Assembly (NCBI GenBank): GCA_031261635.1
Contig: JAISJH010000068.1
Span: forward strand, 221 to 64,220
DNA: 64,000 bases
Source: Oscillospiraceae bacterium
Lineage (GTDB): Bacteria > Bacillota > Clostridia > Oscillospirales > Oscillospiraceae
Direction of reading: 5' to 3'
The position numbers and the translations under genes are program-made. A model generated the notes under the pieces. The model had not been told where the DNA came from, did not search any database, and saw nothing but the letters and a program-made list of their open reading frames with translations. Positions 53,427 through 61,574 of this stretch are shown one piece after another (the first letter of the stretch is position 1; each line of letters starts with the position of its first letter).

Positions 53427-53453
53427 ACAGCCCCCCACGGGGGGCTGTTGACT
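53427..53453 (+). terminator. cassette-end hairpin (degenerate copy; -35 present, no -10)
   Basis: ACAGCCCCCCACGGGGGGCTGT, then TGACTTTTT. It lies between the convergent cassette 5 and the methylase-like gene. Confidence 0.55.
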
Positions 53454-53463
53454 TTTTCGCGCC

Positions 53464-53943
53464 TCAGTTAGCGTAAGGCTCCCTCACTACCGTGAAATTT
53501 CGCCGGCCCTTTAGTTCCGCCGGGAGGGCAGAGGGCAGCACCAGCAGTGGTTCGTTTTTGTCGCAGAGCGCCTCGCCGGCGTTTGCGGCTTCGGCGCAGA
53601 AGTGCGTTATGCCGGGGACGGTTGCGGTTTCGTAGCCCAGTTCGGCAACGCGCCGCCGTATCTGCGTGAACGCCGAGTACACCGAGGGGTCGCCGGGCGT
53701 TATGAACGCCACGGATTTGCCTGCACCGAGCTGTTTCGCGATAGCGTCCGCGGCGGTCTGCGCGGGACACAGCAGGAGCGCCTTGCCGCGTATGTAGCGC
53801 TCGGCAATGCCCAGCGCGGCGTGCCCGCTGCCGCGTTCGGAGGCGGCGATGATGTCCGCGCTCCAGAGAATGTTGACGGCTTTGAGCGTCAGAAGTTCGG
53901 GGTCGCCGGGTCCCACACCAATTCCGTACAGTATGCCTTTCAT
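53464..53943 (-). CDS. tetrapyrrole methylase family protein, CobI/CbiL-like but short (possible remnant)
   Basis: LYGIGVGPGDPELLTLKAVNIL and VAFITPGDPSVYSAF...TVPGITHFCAEAA match precorrin-2 C20-methyltransferase motifs. At 159 aa it lacks most of the C-terminal subdomain, and there are no other cob/cbi genes nearby. Confidence 0.55.
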   Translation of the reverse strand: MKGILYGIGVGPGDPELLTLKAVNILWSADIIAASERGSGHAALGIAERYIRGKALLLCPAQTAADAIAKQLGAGKSVAFITPGDPSVYSAFTQIRRRVAELGYETATVPGITHFCAEAANAGEALCDKNEPLLVLPSALPAELKGRRNFTVVREPYAN

Positions 53944-54006
53944 ATGTCCGCCTCCTTATAGTTTTCCGCTTATGGTTTACGTAGCAACATTAGAGTACCT
54001 CTAAGG

Positions 54007-54044
54007 ATAAAAATCTCGCGTAGCTTCCGTTGAAAGTACGCGAG
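54007..54044 (-). terminator. terminator-like hairpin inside the 5' leader of the methylase-like gene (possible attenuator)
   Basis: On the minus strand: CTCGCGTA-N14-TACGCGAG followed by ATTTTTAT, about 60 nt upstream of the ATG. Confidence 0.4.
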
Positions 54045-54068
54045 GCTTATTACTCTAAACGTTAGCTA

Positions 54069-54097
54069 AGTATAACATTTTTCGCCATTTTTGTCAA
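54069..54097 (-). promoter_or_regulatory. sigma-A promoter of the methylase-like gene
   Basis: TTGACA (54097-54092), 17-nt spacer, TATACT (54074-54069). Confidence 0.65.
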
Positions 54098-54128
54098 TAG
54101 TAAAATATTGGGAACGCAATCTTTAGTT

Positions 54129-54585
54129 AACAGTTATCAAATATCAAATATCAGAGCCGGTGTAACAGTTAACAGTTAGCAAATATCAAATATTAGAGAC
54201 GGGGGGCTTGGACGGGGGGCGCGTCCGCGCTCGGCGCGGGAAACCACCCCGGCGCTACGCGCCACCCCTCCCAAGAGGGGAATTTTCCGCGCACGGCGCG
54301 GGGACGGAATACAACCCCTGCATACGGTTCCCGCGTGCGCGCCCCTATTCCCCTCTTGGGAGGGGTGCCGCCGCAGCGGCGGGGTGGTTTCCCCCGCAGG
54401 GCGCAACTCCCGTCCAAACCTTTCGTCTCTGATATTTGATATTTGCTATCTGTTAACTGAACTTTCGTCTCTGATATTTAATATTTAATAACTGTTAACT
54501 GAACTTTCGTCTCTGATATTTGATATTTAATAACTGTTAACTGAACTATCGTCTCTGATATTTGATATTTGCTAACTGTTAACTG
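54129..54585. repeat. composite mosaic repeat ending in a 4 x 42-bp tandem array of the terminal module
   Basis: Terminal modules at 54129-54158 and 54164-54200, and paired CCCCTCTTGGGAGGGG / GAAACCACCCCGGCG palindromes. CGTCTCTGATATTTGATATTTGCTAACTGTTAACTGAACT.T starts at 54424, 54466, 54508 and 54550. The last unit supplies the hemW stop codon. Confidence 0.9.
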
Positions 54586-55781
54586 ATTAAAGCGTAGTAG
54601 TCGTCCTCTCGCCAGGGGGTTCCTACTTGGGATTTACGTTCCGCCTGGGCGTCGAGGAGTTCGCCGATTAGCCTGTTGGAGAGGAGGAAGCCTTTGGGGG
54701 TCAGGAGGTAGGCGTCGCCGCGTTTTCGCGCGAAGCCTAGTTTTTCGTAGGTCACGAGCGTTTTTTCGAGGGTGTCGAAGCCTCCGCGGTAGATTTGCTC
54801 GTAGCCCTGCCGCGTAATGCCGCGCGTTGTGCGAAGCCCGAGCATAATGTACTCGGCGGCCTTGCTGTAGGCGTTCAGCGTTTCGCTGTCCTCGTCGTTG
54901 ACGACGTTAGTCCCGCCCTCGACCGCCGCGATGTAAGCGTCGGGCGAGCGCAGGTAGCTGTAGCGCGAGTTACCGAGAAACGAAGCCGCCGAAGCTCCGA
55001 AGCCGGCGTACTCCTCCAGAAGCCAGTATTTGAGGTTGTGCCGCGACTCGAAGCCCTTTCGCGCGAAGTTTGAGATTTCGTATTGAGCGAAGCCCGCGCC
55101 GCCGAGCGTATCGACCGCGTAGAGGTACATATCCGCCTGCATATCGTCGTCGGGGATATCGGGAGCGCGGCGTACCCGCCAGAGCGGCGTATTGCGCTCG
55201 ATTTTCAGCCCGTAGGCCGATATATGCTGCGGAGCGGAGCGCAGAACGCCGCTTAGTGTCTGCGCCCAGTCCTCACGCGTCTGCCCCGGCAGGCCGTAGA
55301 TTATGTCAACGCTGACGTTTTCAAAACCCGCGAGCTTCGCGTCAAGCACAGCGTCAAGCGCAAGCTCGGCGTTATGCAAACGCCCAAGGTTCGAGAGCTG
55401 CGCGTTATTGAGCGTCTGCACCCCGATTGAGATACGGTTGAAGCCGTCCCTGCGAAGAAGCTTCAGCTCGTCCCGCCGTATGCTCTCGGGGTTTGCCTCG
55501 AACGTAATCTCCGGGGTTTTGGAAATTTTATAGTCCCTGTCGATAGCCGATAGGAGCCTCGACAGCCGCTTCGCCCCGTAGTGGGTAGGCGTCCCGCCGC
55601 CGAAGTAAATTGTATCCACTTCATACCCCTCAAGGCGCGGCGCGAACTCGCGCAAATGCTTCAAAAGCGCACGCTGGTAGGCGTCCATAAGCCCGTCCTT
55701 ATCGGGAAATGAACAGAAATCGCAGTAAACACACTTCGATTTGCAAAACGGCAGATGGACGTAAATCCCGATGTTTCTCAT
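54579..55781 (-). CDS. hemW: radical SAM heme chaperone HemW (coproporphyrinogen III oxidase-like)
   Basis: YVHLPFCKSKCVYCDF is the CxxxCxxC cluster motif, with a HemN-like C-terminal domain; 400 aa. Confidence 0.9.
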   Translation of the reverse strand: MRNIGIYVHLPFCKSKCVYCDFCSFPDKDGLMDAYQRALLKHLREFAPRLEGYEVDTIYFGGGTPTHYGAKRLSRLLSAIDRDYKISKTPEITFEANPESIRRDELKLLRRDGFNRISIGVQTLNNAQLSNLGRLHNAELALDAVLDAKLAGFENVSVDIIYGLPGQTREDWAQTLSGVLRSAPQHISAYGLKIERNTPLWRVRRAPDIPDDDMQADMYLYAVDTLGGAGFAQYEISNFARKGFESRHNLKYWLLEEYAGFGASAASFLGNSRYSYLRSPDAYIAAVEGGTNVVNDEDSETLNAYSKAAEYIMLGLRTTRGITRQGYEQIYRGGFDTLEKTLVTYEKLGFARKRGDAYLLTPKGFLLSNRLIGELLDAQAERKSQVGTPWREDDYYALIS

Positions 55782-55875
55782 AGCGGCGTTATATACCTCG
55801 TAAGACTAGTCGGTAATAGCAGACGTTGTTGATAGTGTAGCTATATAGATAAATAATATCAATACTCGTACCTTT

Positions 55876-55904
55876 ATTGTACCCTATTAAAACGTCATTG
55901 TCAA
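55876..55904 (-). promoter_or_regulatory. sigma-A promoter upstream of hemW
   Basis: TTGACA (55904-55899), 17-nt spacer, TACAAT (55881-55876). Confidence 0.6.
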
Positions 55905-55918
55905 GCCCGAACATATTA

Positions 55919-56287
55919 GGGGGCAAATTGCGTAGCGGCTTGTAGGGGCGGGTTTCAAACCCGCCCTCCCCCGTCCCACGTCCCGGCGCCGTGCGCCGTC
56001 TTTGCGAGCGCCGCCGCACTTGCGATACGTAGGGCGTATAGGCGCGCGGCAATCCAGTGCCGGGAGTGTAACATACGTATGTTGTCCCCCCGGCACTGGA
56101 TTGCTTCGCACCTGTAACGTCCTACGTATCGCGGGCTTTCCGGTGCTTCGCAAAGACGGGCAGGGCGAAGCCCTGCCCTGTCCCGGCGCACCGCGCCGGG
56201 ACGGTGGACCGGGGTTACGTCCGCGCACGGCGCGGGGTGGGCGGGTTTCAAACCCGCCCCTACGAGCCGCTACGCAAATTTGCCCCC
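55919..56287. repeat. about 370-bp near-palindromic mosaic repeat
   Basis: The ends are inverted copies: GGGGGCAAATTGCGTAGCGGCTTGTAGGGGCGGGTTTCAAACCCGCCC ... GGGCGGGTTTCAAACCCGCCCCTACGAGCCGCTACGCAAATTTGCCCCC. The core CAATCCAGTGCCGG...CCGGCACTGGATTG is at about 56050-56100, with arms in the opposite order to the copies at 12.3 kb and 23.4 kb. Confidence 0.9.
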
Positions 56288-56306
56288 GAACACGCATTTT
56301 TTTCAT

Positions 56307-56336
56307 TTGACAAGCCTACCCAACGTGTGGTATAAT
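56307..56336 (+). promoter_or_regulatory. sigma-A promoter upstream of rpoZ-priA
   Basis: TTGACA 56307-56312, 18-nt spacer, TGgTATAAT (TATAAT 56331-56336). Confidence 0.7.
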
Positions 56337-56373
56337 ATAGTTTGTTATGTTCACTGATTTGGAGGCTTCAAAT

Positions 56374-56577
56374 ATGTTATATCCACCTATGAACGTTTTG
56401 CTTGGCAAAATCGGCTCGCGTTATTTGCTTGTCAACGCTATTGCGCGGCGCTCGCGGCAGATTTCTAATGACGCTATCGAGAGGAAAGAGCCGCTTGAAA
56501 AGAAGGCGGTTTCTATGGCGATACAGGAGATTGCGGAGGACATTTACTCGGTAAAGACCGTTTCCGAGCTGTTTTAA
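56374..56577 (+). CDS. rpoZ: DNA-directed RNA polymerase subunit omega
   Basis: MLYPPMNVLLGKIGSRYLLVNAIARRSRQI. ATG at 56374 follows GGAGG; 67 aa. Confidence 0.85.
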   Translation: MLYPPMNVLLGKIGSRYLLVNAIARRSRQISNDAIERKEPLEKKAVSMAIQEIAEDIYSVKTVSELF

Positions 56578-58827
56578 GTGTTGGAGAGCCTGTCCCTTAC
56601 CGCTCGCGTGGCGGTTGACGTTACCTACGCGCTGGACCTCGTGTATGAGTACGCCGTACCCGAAGCGTCGCTTGCCACGGCACTGCCGGGGAGCCGCGTT
56701 GCCGTACCCTTTGGGCGGGGGAATACGCTCAAAGAGGGCGTTATCCTCGCTCTTACGGACGCGCCGGATTATCAGAACCCTAAAGCCCTGCAAAGCGTAC
56801 TTGACCCCGCTCCGCTTATATCTTCCGAACAGCTCGCTCTGGCTAAATTTATGAAAGCCCGCTTCTTTTGTTCGCTCTACGACGCGCTCAGGGCGATTAT
56901 CCCGGTCGGCCTGTGGTATAAGATTGACCCCGGCGGCAGGCATACGGAGAATGTTCGCGGTAAGACTGCTGAATTTGCGCTTCTGACGGCCACGGCGGAA
57001 CGCGCCGCAGAATACGCCGCGCGCACAAAATCCGTGCCGCAAAGCGAAATTTTACGCTACCTCCTGCGCGATTCTTACGCCCCGCTAGAGGATATATACT
57101 ACTACACCGGCGCGAAACGCCCGAGCCTTAAATCGCTCGAGGCAAAAGGCTATATTACAATCGAAAAGCGCGAAGCCTTTAGAAAACCGCAGGTTTCAGA
57201 GCTGATAGCCGCCGAAGCGATTAGCGAACTCACGGACGAGCAGACAGCGGCATACAGGCGCTTCCTGCCGCTTGTAAACAGCGGGAAGCCCGAGTGCGGC
57301 TTGCTTTACGGAGTTACGGGGAGCGGCAAGACCTCCGTCTATATCAGGCTCATTGAAAAGGCGGCAAGCGCGGGGCGCGGGGCGATTTTTCTTGTGCCGG
57401 AAATCTCGCTTACACCTCAGCTCACCGCGCTGTTTATACGGCACTTCGGGGAGGCTATCGCCGTATTGCACAGCTCGCTGACGGCGGGGCAACGTGCCGA
57501 CGAATGGAAGCGCGTCAATAACGGTTCCGCGAGCGTCGTAATCGGTACGCGAAGCGCGGTTTTCGCCCCGGTTAAAAACCTCGGTTTAATTATCATCGAC
57601 GAGGAGCAGGAAGGCTCGTATATCAGCGACAGCAGTCCGCGCTACAATGCCGTAGCGGTAGCGAAATACCGCGCCGCTAAGTCGGACGCGTTTCTATTGC
57701 TGGGTTCCGCAACGCCCTCCGTTGAAGCGTACCACGCCGCGCAAAGCGGACGCTACGCCTACGCGGAACTGCTTGAACGCTATAACCGTATGAAGCTCCC
57801 GGAGGTTATTATCGCCGATACGCGCGACGACCTCAACGCCGGACGCGGCGGAGCAATCGGCTCTATACTGCAGGCGGAGCTTGCACAGAGGCTTGAAAAA
57901 GGCGAGCAGTCGATACTGTTCATAAACCGGCGCGGAGCTAACACGGTCGTAAGCTGTCCCGCCTGCGGCTACGTTTTCAACTGCCCCAACTGCTCAATGC
58001 GGCTTACCTATCATAAAGTTAACGGCCGCCTGATGTGCCACCTCTGCGGACATTCTGTCCCCTTGCCGTATAACTGCCCGGACTGTCACGGAGCTTTGAA
58101 ATTTTCCGGCGTAGGTACACAGCAGGTTGTAACGGAAGTCGAAGCTCTGTTTCCCGGAGTGCCGCTTTTGCGTATGGACGCTGACGCGCTATCGGCGGGG
58201 AACAGCCATAGTGATATACTCGGCAAATTTGAAACTGAAAAAATCCCTATTCTAATAGGGACGCAAATGGTCACAAAAGGTCTGAACTTCCCGAATGTCA
58301 CGCTCGTGGGCGTTATCAACGCCGATAACAGCCTCTACGCCTCTGATTACCGCGCCTTTGAGCGCACTTTCGCGCTGATAACGCAGGTAATCGGCAGGGC
58401 GGGACGCGCGGACAAGCCGGGACGCGCCGTTATTCAGACTTTCAGCCCCCTGCACGAGCTTATACAGGCCGCCGCCGCGCAGGATTATAAGGCCTTCTAC
58501 GCGCTCGAAATAGAAACGCGCAAATTATCCGGCGCGCCGCCCTTCTGCTCGCTCTATACGTTAAACGTAAGCGGCGAGGAACGCGTCCCCACTGAAACCT
58601 GCGCAGCCGAGCTTCGCGCGGTCTGCGAACAGCTTTTGCCGCAGGGGAGCCTGGTGCTGGGTCCCGCCCCCGCGCAGGTGATACGCGTTAATAAACGCTA
58701 CCGCTACATCGTAACGGCGGTGACAAGAAACGATAACGCGATATTTAGAGCGGCGATAGCTGATATTACTAAGCGGTTTATACTCGACAAACGCTTCCGC
58801 CAGCTCGCGATATACGCACAAAACTAA
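56578..58827 (+). CDS. priA: primosomal replication-restart helicase PriA
   Basis: Walker A GVTGSGKT, the DEEQ box, and Cys-rich zinc motifs CPACGYVFNCPNCSMRLTYH...CHLCGH...CPDC. GTG start abuts the rpoZ stop. Confidence 0.95.
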   Translation: MLESLSLTARVAVDVTYALDLVYEYAVPEASLATALPGSRVAVPFGRGNTLKEGVILALTDAPDYQNPKALQSVLDPAPLISSEQLALAKFMKARFFCSLYDALRAIIPVGLWYKIDPGGRHTENVRGKTAEFALLTATAERAAEYAARTKSVPQSEILRYLLRDSYAPLEDIYYYTGAKRPSLKSLEAKGYITIEKREAFRKPQVSELIAAEAISELTDEQTAAYRRFLPLVNSGKPECGLLYGVTGSGKTSVYIRLIEKAASAGRGAIFLVPEISLTPQLTALFIRHFGEAIAVLHSSLTAGQRADEWKRVNNGSASVVIGTRSAVFAPVKNLGLIIIDEEQEGSYISDSSPRYNAVAVAKYRAAKSDAFLLLGSATPSVEAYHAAQSGRYAYAELLERYNRMKLPEVIIADTRDDLNAGRGGAIGSILQAELAQRLEKGEQSILFINRRGANTVVSCPACGYVFNCPNCSMRLTYHKVNGRLMCHLCGHSVPLPYNCPDCHGALKFSGVGTQQVVTEVEALFPGVPLLRMDADALSAGNSHSDILGKFETEKIPILIGTQMVTKGLNFPNVTLVGVINADNSLYASDYRAFERTFALITQVIGRAGRADKPGRAVIQTFSPLHELIQAAAAQDYKAFYALEIETRKLSGAPPFCSLYTLNVSGEERVPTETCAAELRAVCEQLLPQGSLVLGPAPAQVIRVNKRYRYIVTAVTRNDNAIFRAAIADITKRFILDKRFRQLAIYAQN

Positions 58828-58830
58828 ATA

Positions 58831-59150
58831 ACAGTTATCAAATATCAGATATCAAATATAAGAGACGAGGGGTTAAGGGGTTGTATTCAAACAGTAGAGA
58901 GTCAAGAGTCCGTCATTGCGAGCCGCGGAACGCTTGCGATACGCAGAATTGAAACCGGCGCGGCAATCCAGTGCCGGGGGCGTAACTTACGTATCTGTGG
59001 CTTATACTACTGGATTGCTTCGCGCCTAGACCTTGATTGTTTGTTAAGCCTTGCGGCGCTTCGCAATGACGAACTTTTTAGCTTTTCGCGTCTTGTTTAC
59101 AGCGACCTAACCCCCCGGGCGGGGCAAGCCCCGCCCCTACGAGCTGGTGC
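58831..59150. repeat. composite intergenic mosaic repeat
   Basis: Terminal module at 58831-58867, the GTCATTGCGAGCCGCG...CAATCCAGTGCCGG...CTGGATTGCTTCGCGCC...GCGCTTCGCAATGAC palindrome, and GGGCGGGGCAAGCCCCGCCC. Confidence 0.85.
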
Positions 59151-59277
59151 GACAGTTTACATTCCCGCGCATACGAGCCAATGCGACAGTTTACATTCCC
59201 GCACGTACAATAGCGGTGCGTTTTAATTGACATCTCTGTAGAAACATTCACATATATCAAAGAAAGAAGAATCTATA

Positions 59278-59898
59278 ATGGCACTACGCAAAATACTTCG
59301 GCAAGGCGATAAGGCGTTACTGCGGCTCAGTCGGCCTGTTACTGACTTTGACGCCCGGCTTGCTCAATTGCTTGACGACCTGCACGAAACTATAGAAAGC
59401 GAAGAAGGTATGGGGCTCGCGGCTCCGCAAGTGGGCGTTTTACGCAGGGCTTGCCTTGTTATCGACCTCACGGGACCCGAGGACGAAGTTTTAGAGCTTA
59501 TCAATCCGGAGATTATCCACTACTCGGAGGAACTCGACACGGCCTGCGAGGGCTGTCTTTCCGTACCCAATATCTGGGGTATGGTCGACCGCCCTAAAGA
59601 GGTGCGCGTTCGGGCGCAGGACAGGCAGGGCAACGTTTTTGAGCTTGACTGCGACAATTACCTCGCCCGCGCCATTCAGCACGAAATTGACCACCTCGAC
59701 GGCGTACTATTCAGCAAGAACACCACGCGCTTCCTCTCCGAGCGCGAAGCCGAAGCCATTATGGACGGCCGCGAGCGCGAATTTAGAAAACGGCGAAAGA
59801 ACGCGCGTCTGCTTGCCGCCAAGAGCGGTACGCGCCCGAGTTCTATCAATTCGCGAAAGATTATTATTCAGCCCGCAGACGGCGCGGAGAGCGTATGA
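59278..59898 (+). CDS. def: peptide deformylase with a basic C-terminal extension
   Basis: GMGLAAPQVG, EGCLSVP and HEIDHLDG motifs. About 50 extra K/R-rich residues follow the catalytic domain. Confidence 0.9.
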   Translation: MALRKILRQGDKALLRLSRPVTDFDARLAQLLDDLHETIESEEGMGLAAPQVGVLRRACLVIDLTGPEDEVLELINPEIIHYSEELDTACEGCLSVPNIWGMVDRPKEVRVRAQDRQGNVFELDCDNYLARAIQHEIDHLDGVLFSKNTTRFLSEREAEAIMDGREREFRKRRKNARLLAAKSGTRPSSINSRKIIIQPADGAESV

Positions 59899-60548
59899 CG
59901 ATAAACATTATAACCTTGTTTCCCGAGGTCGTAGACAAGGCCTTGAACTACAGCATCATAGGCAGGGCGCGGGACAAGGGCGCGGTGAACATCAAAACGC
60001 TACAGCTTCGCGACTACACCTGGCACAGGCAGAAGCAAACCGACGACTACCCCTACGGCGGCGGCGGGGGAATGGTGCTGTACGCACAGCCGCTCCTCTC
60101 CGCCTGGGCGGATATACGCGCGGAAGCGGGCTTTCCGCATATCCACACAGTCCTGACCTCGCCGAGGGGACATAAATTCACGCAGGAGGACGCTAAACGT
60201 CTGGCAAAACTTGACAGTTTTATTATAGTCTGCGGGCATTATGAGGGCGTTGACGAGCGTTTTATAGAGGCCTGCGTTGACGAGCAAATCTCTATAGGCG
60301 ATTTCGTGGTAACAGGCGGCGAAATGCCCGCCGCGCTGATAGCCGACGCTACGGCGCGGCTCCTCCCCGGCGTTCTCGCAAGCGAGGACAGTTTCAAACG
60401 CGAAAGCCACTGGGACGGCTACCTCGAACACCCGCACTACACGCGCCCCGAAGTCTGGGAGGGAAAACGCGTCCCCCCCGTGCTACTGTCGGGGAACCAT
60501 AAGGCGATTGCGGAATGGCGGGAGTTAAACCAGGTATATATTAAATAA
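59895..60548 (+). CDS. trmD: tRNA (guanine37-N1)-methyltransferase
   Basis: ITLFPEVV, DDYPYGGGGGMV, VCGHYEGVDER, SIGDFVVTGGEMPA, HPHYTRPEVWEG..VPPVLLSGNH. The start overlaps the def stop (ATGA). Confidence 0.9.
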   Translation: MTINIITLFPEVVDKALNYSIIGRARDKGAVNIKTLQLRDYTWHRQKQTDDYPYGGGGGMVLYAQPLLSAWADIRAEAGFPHIHTVLTSPRGHKFTQEDAKRLAKLDSFIIVCGHYEGVDERFIEACVDEQISIGDFVVTGGEMPAALIADATARLLPGVLASEDSFKRESHWDGYLEHPHYTRPEVWEGKRVPPVLLSGNHKAIAEWRELNQVYIK

Positions 60549-61075
60549 CAGTTATCAAATATCAAATATCAGAGACGATGTGACAGTTAACAGATATCAA
60601 ATATCAGATATCAGAGACGAAGGTTTGGACGGGGGTTGCGTCCTGCGGGGGACACCCCCGTCCCGGCGCACCGTCATTGCGAGCCGCGCGAAGCAATCCA
60701 AGCCCAGTACCCCCGTCTTGCCCCTCGTAATTATTCATTATTCATTGTCAATTGTTATAAGTCCCGGCGCCGTGCGCCGTCTTTGCGAGCGCCACCGCAC
60801 TTGCGATACGTAGGACGTTTAGGCGCGCGGCAATCCAGTGCCGGGAGCGTAACATACGGACTACGTACTTACGTATCGCAGACTACTACGTCAACCCTGG
60901 ATTGCTTCGCCGCATATCATTAACTACGTATCGCAAGTGCGGTGGCGGCTTCGCAATGACGGGCAGGGCGATGCCCTGCCCGCGCAGTACGCACTGCCCC
61001 CGCGGTACGCACTACCCGCGCAGTACGCACTACCCCCGCAATACGGGCGGGGCAAGGTGCGTTGCCCCTACGAAC
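60548..61075. repeat. composite intergenic mosaic repeat
   Basis: Terminal modules at 60548-60577 and 60583-60619, GTCATTGCGAGCCGCGCGAAGCAATCCAAGCCC, internal ATTATTC heptads, the GTCTTTGCGAGCGCC...CAATCCAGTGCCGG...CTGGATTGCTTCGCC...GCTTCGCAATGAC palindrome, and three about 17-nt GCAGTACGCACT.CCC units at about 60981-61040. Confidence 0.9.
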
Positions 61076-61127
61076 CACAGCGATTTTACATTTCCGTCCG
61101 TCCAATCCACAACAACAAGGACACCAA

Positions 61128-61571
61128 ATGAAACACGTTACAATTTACACTGACGGGGCTTGTTCCGGGAACCCCGGACCCGGGGGCTGGGGGGCTATAC
61201 TCCGCTTCGGGCGGCACGAGCGCGAATTATCGGGCGGCGACGCTCATACCACCAATAACCGTATGGAGCTGTCCGCTGTAATCTCCGCTTTGGAACTGCT
61301 TACGGAACCCTGCGAAGTCTCGCTTTTCAGCGACAGCAAGTATGTTATAGACGGTATTTCAAAAGGCTGGGCGGCCTCGTGGCGGCGAAAGGGCTGGAAA
61401 AAATCAGACGGCAAACCCGCGCTAAACCCCGACTTGTGGGAAAAGCTCTTAAACCTTTGCGACAGGCATACGGTCACATTCAACTGGGTAAAAGGCCACA
61501 ACGACAACCCCGGTAACGAACGCTGTGACGAACTTGCACGGAACGCTATTAACGATGTACGAGGTAAATAG
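61128..61571 (+). CDS. rnhA: ribonuclease HI
   Basis: [51 protein letters not shown] at 61128. Confidence 0.9.
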   Translation: MKHVTIYTDGACSGNPGPGGWGAILRFGRHERELSGGDAHTTNNRMELSAVISALELLTEPCEVSLFSDSKYVIDGISKGWAASWRRKGWKKSDGKPALNPDLWEKLLNLCDRHTVTFNWVKGHNDNPGNERCDELARNAINDVRGK

Positions 61572-61574
61572 ACA

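Noticed and set aside
53944-54068. Cobalamin riboswitch upstream of the CobI-like gene
   Set aside because: The leader is only about 120 nt, and I cannot find the conserved B12-box or the multi-helix core. It is reported only as an unclassified attenuator-like leader.
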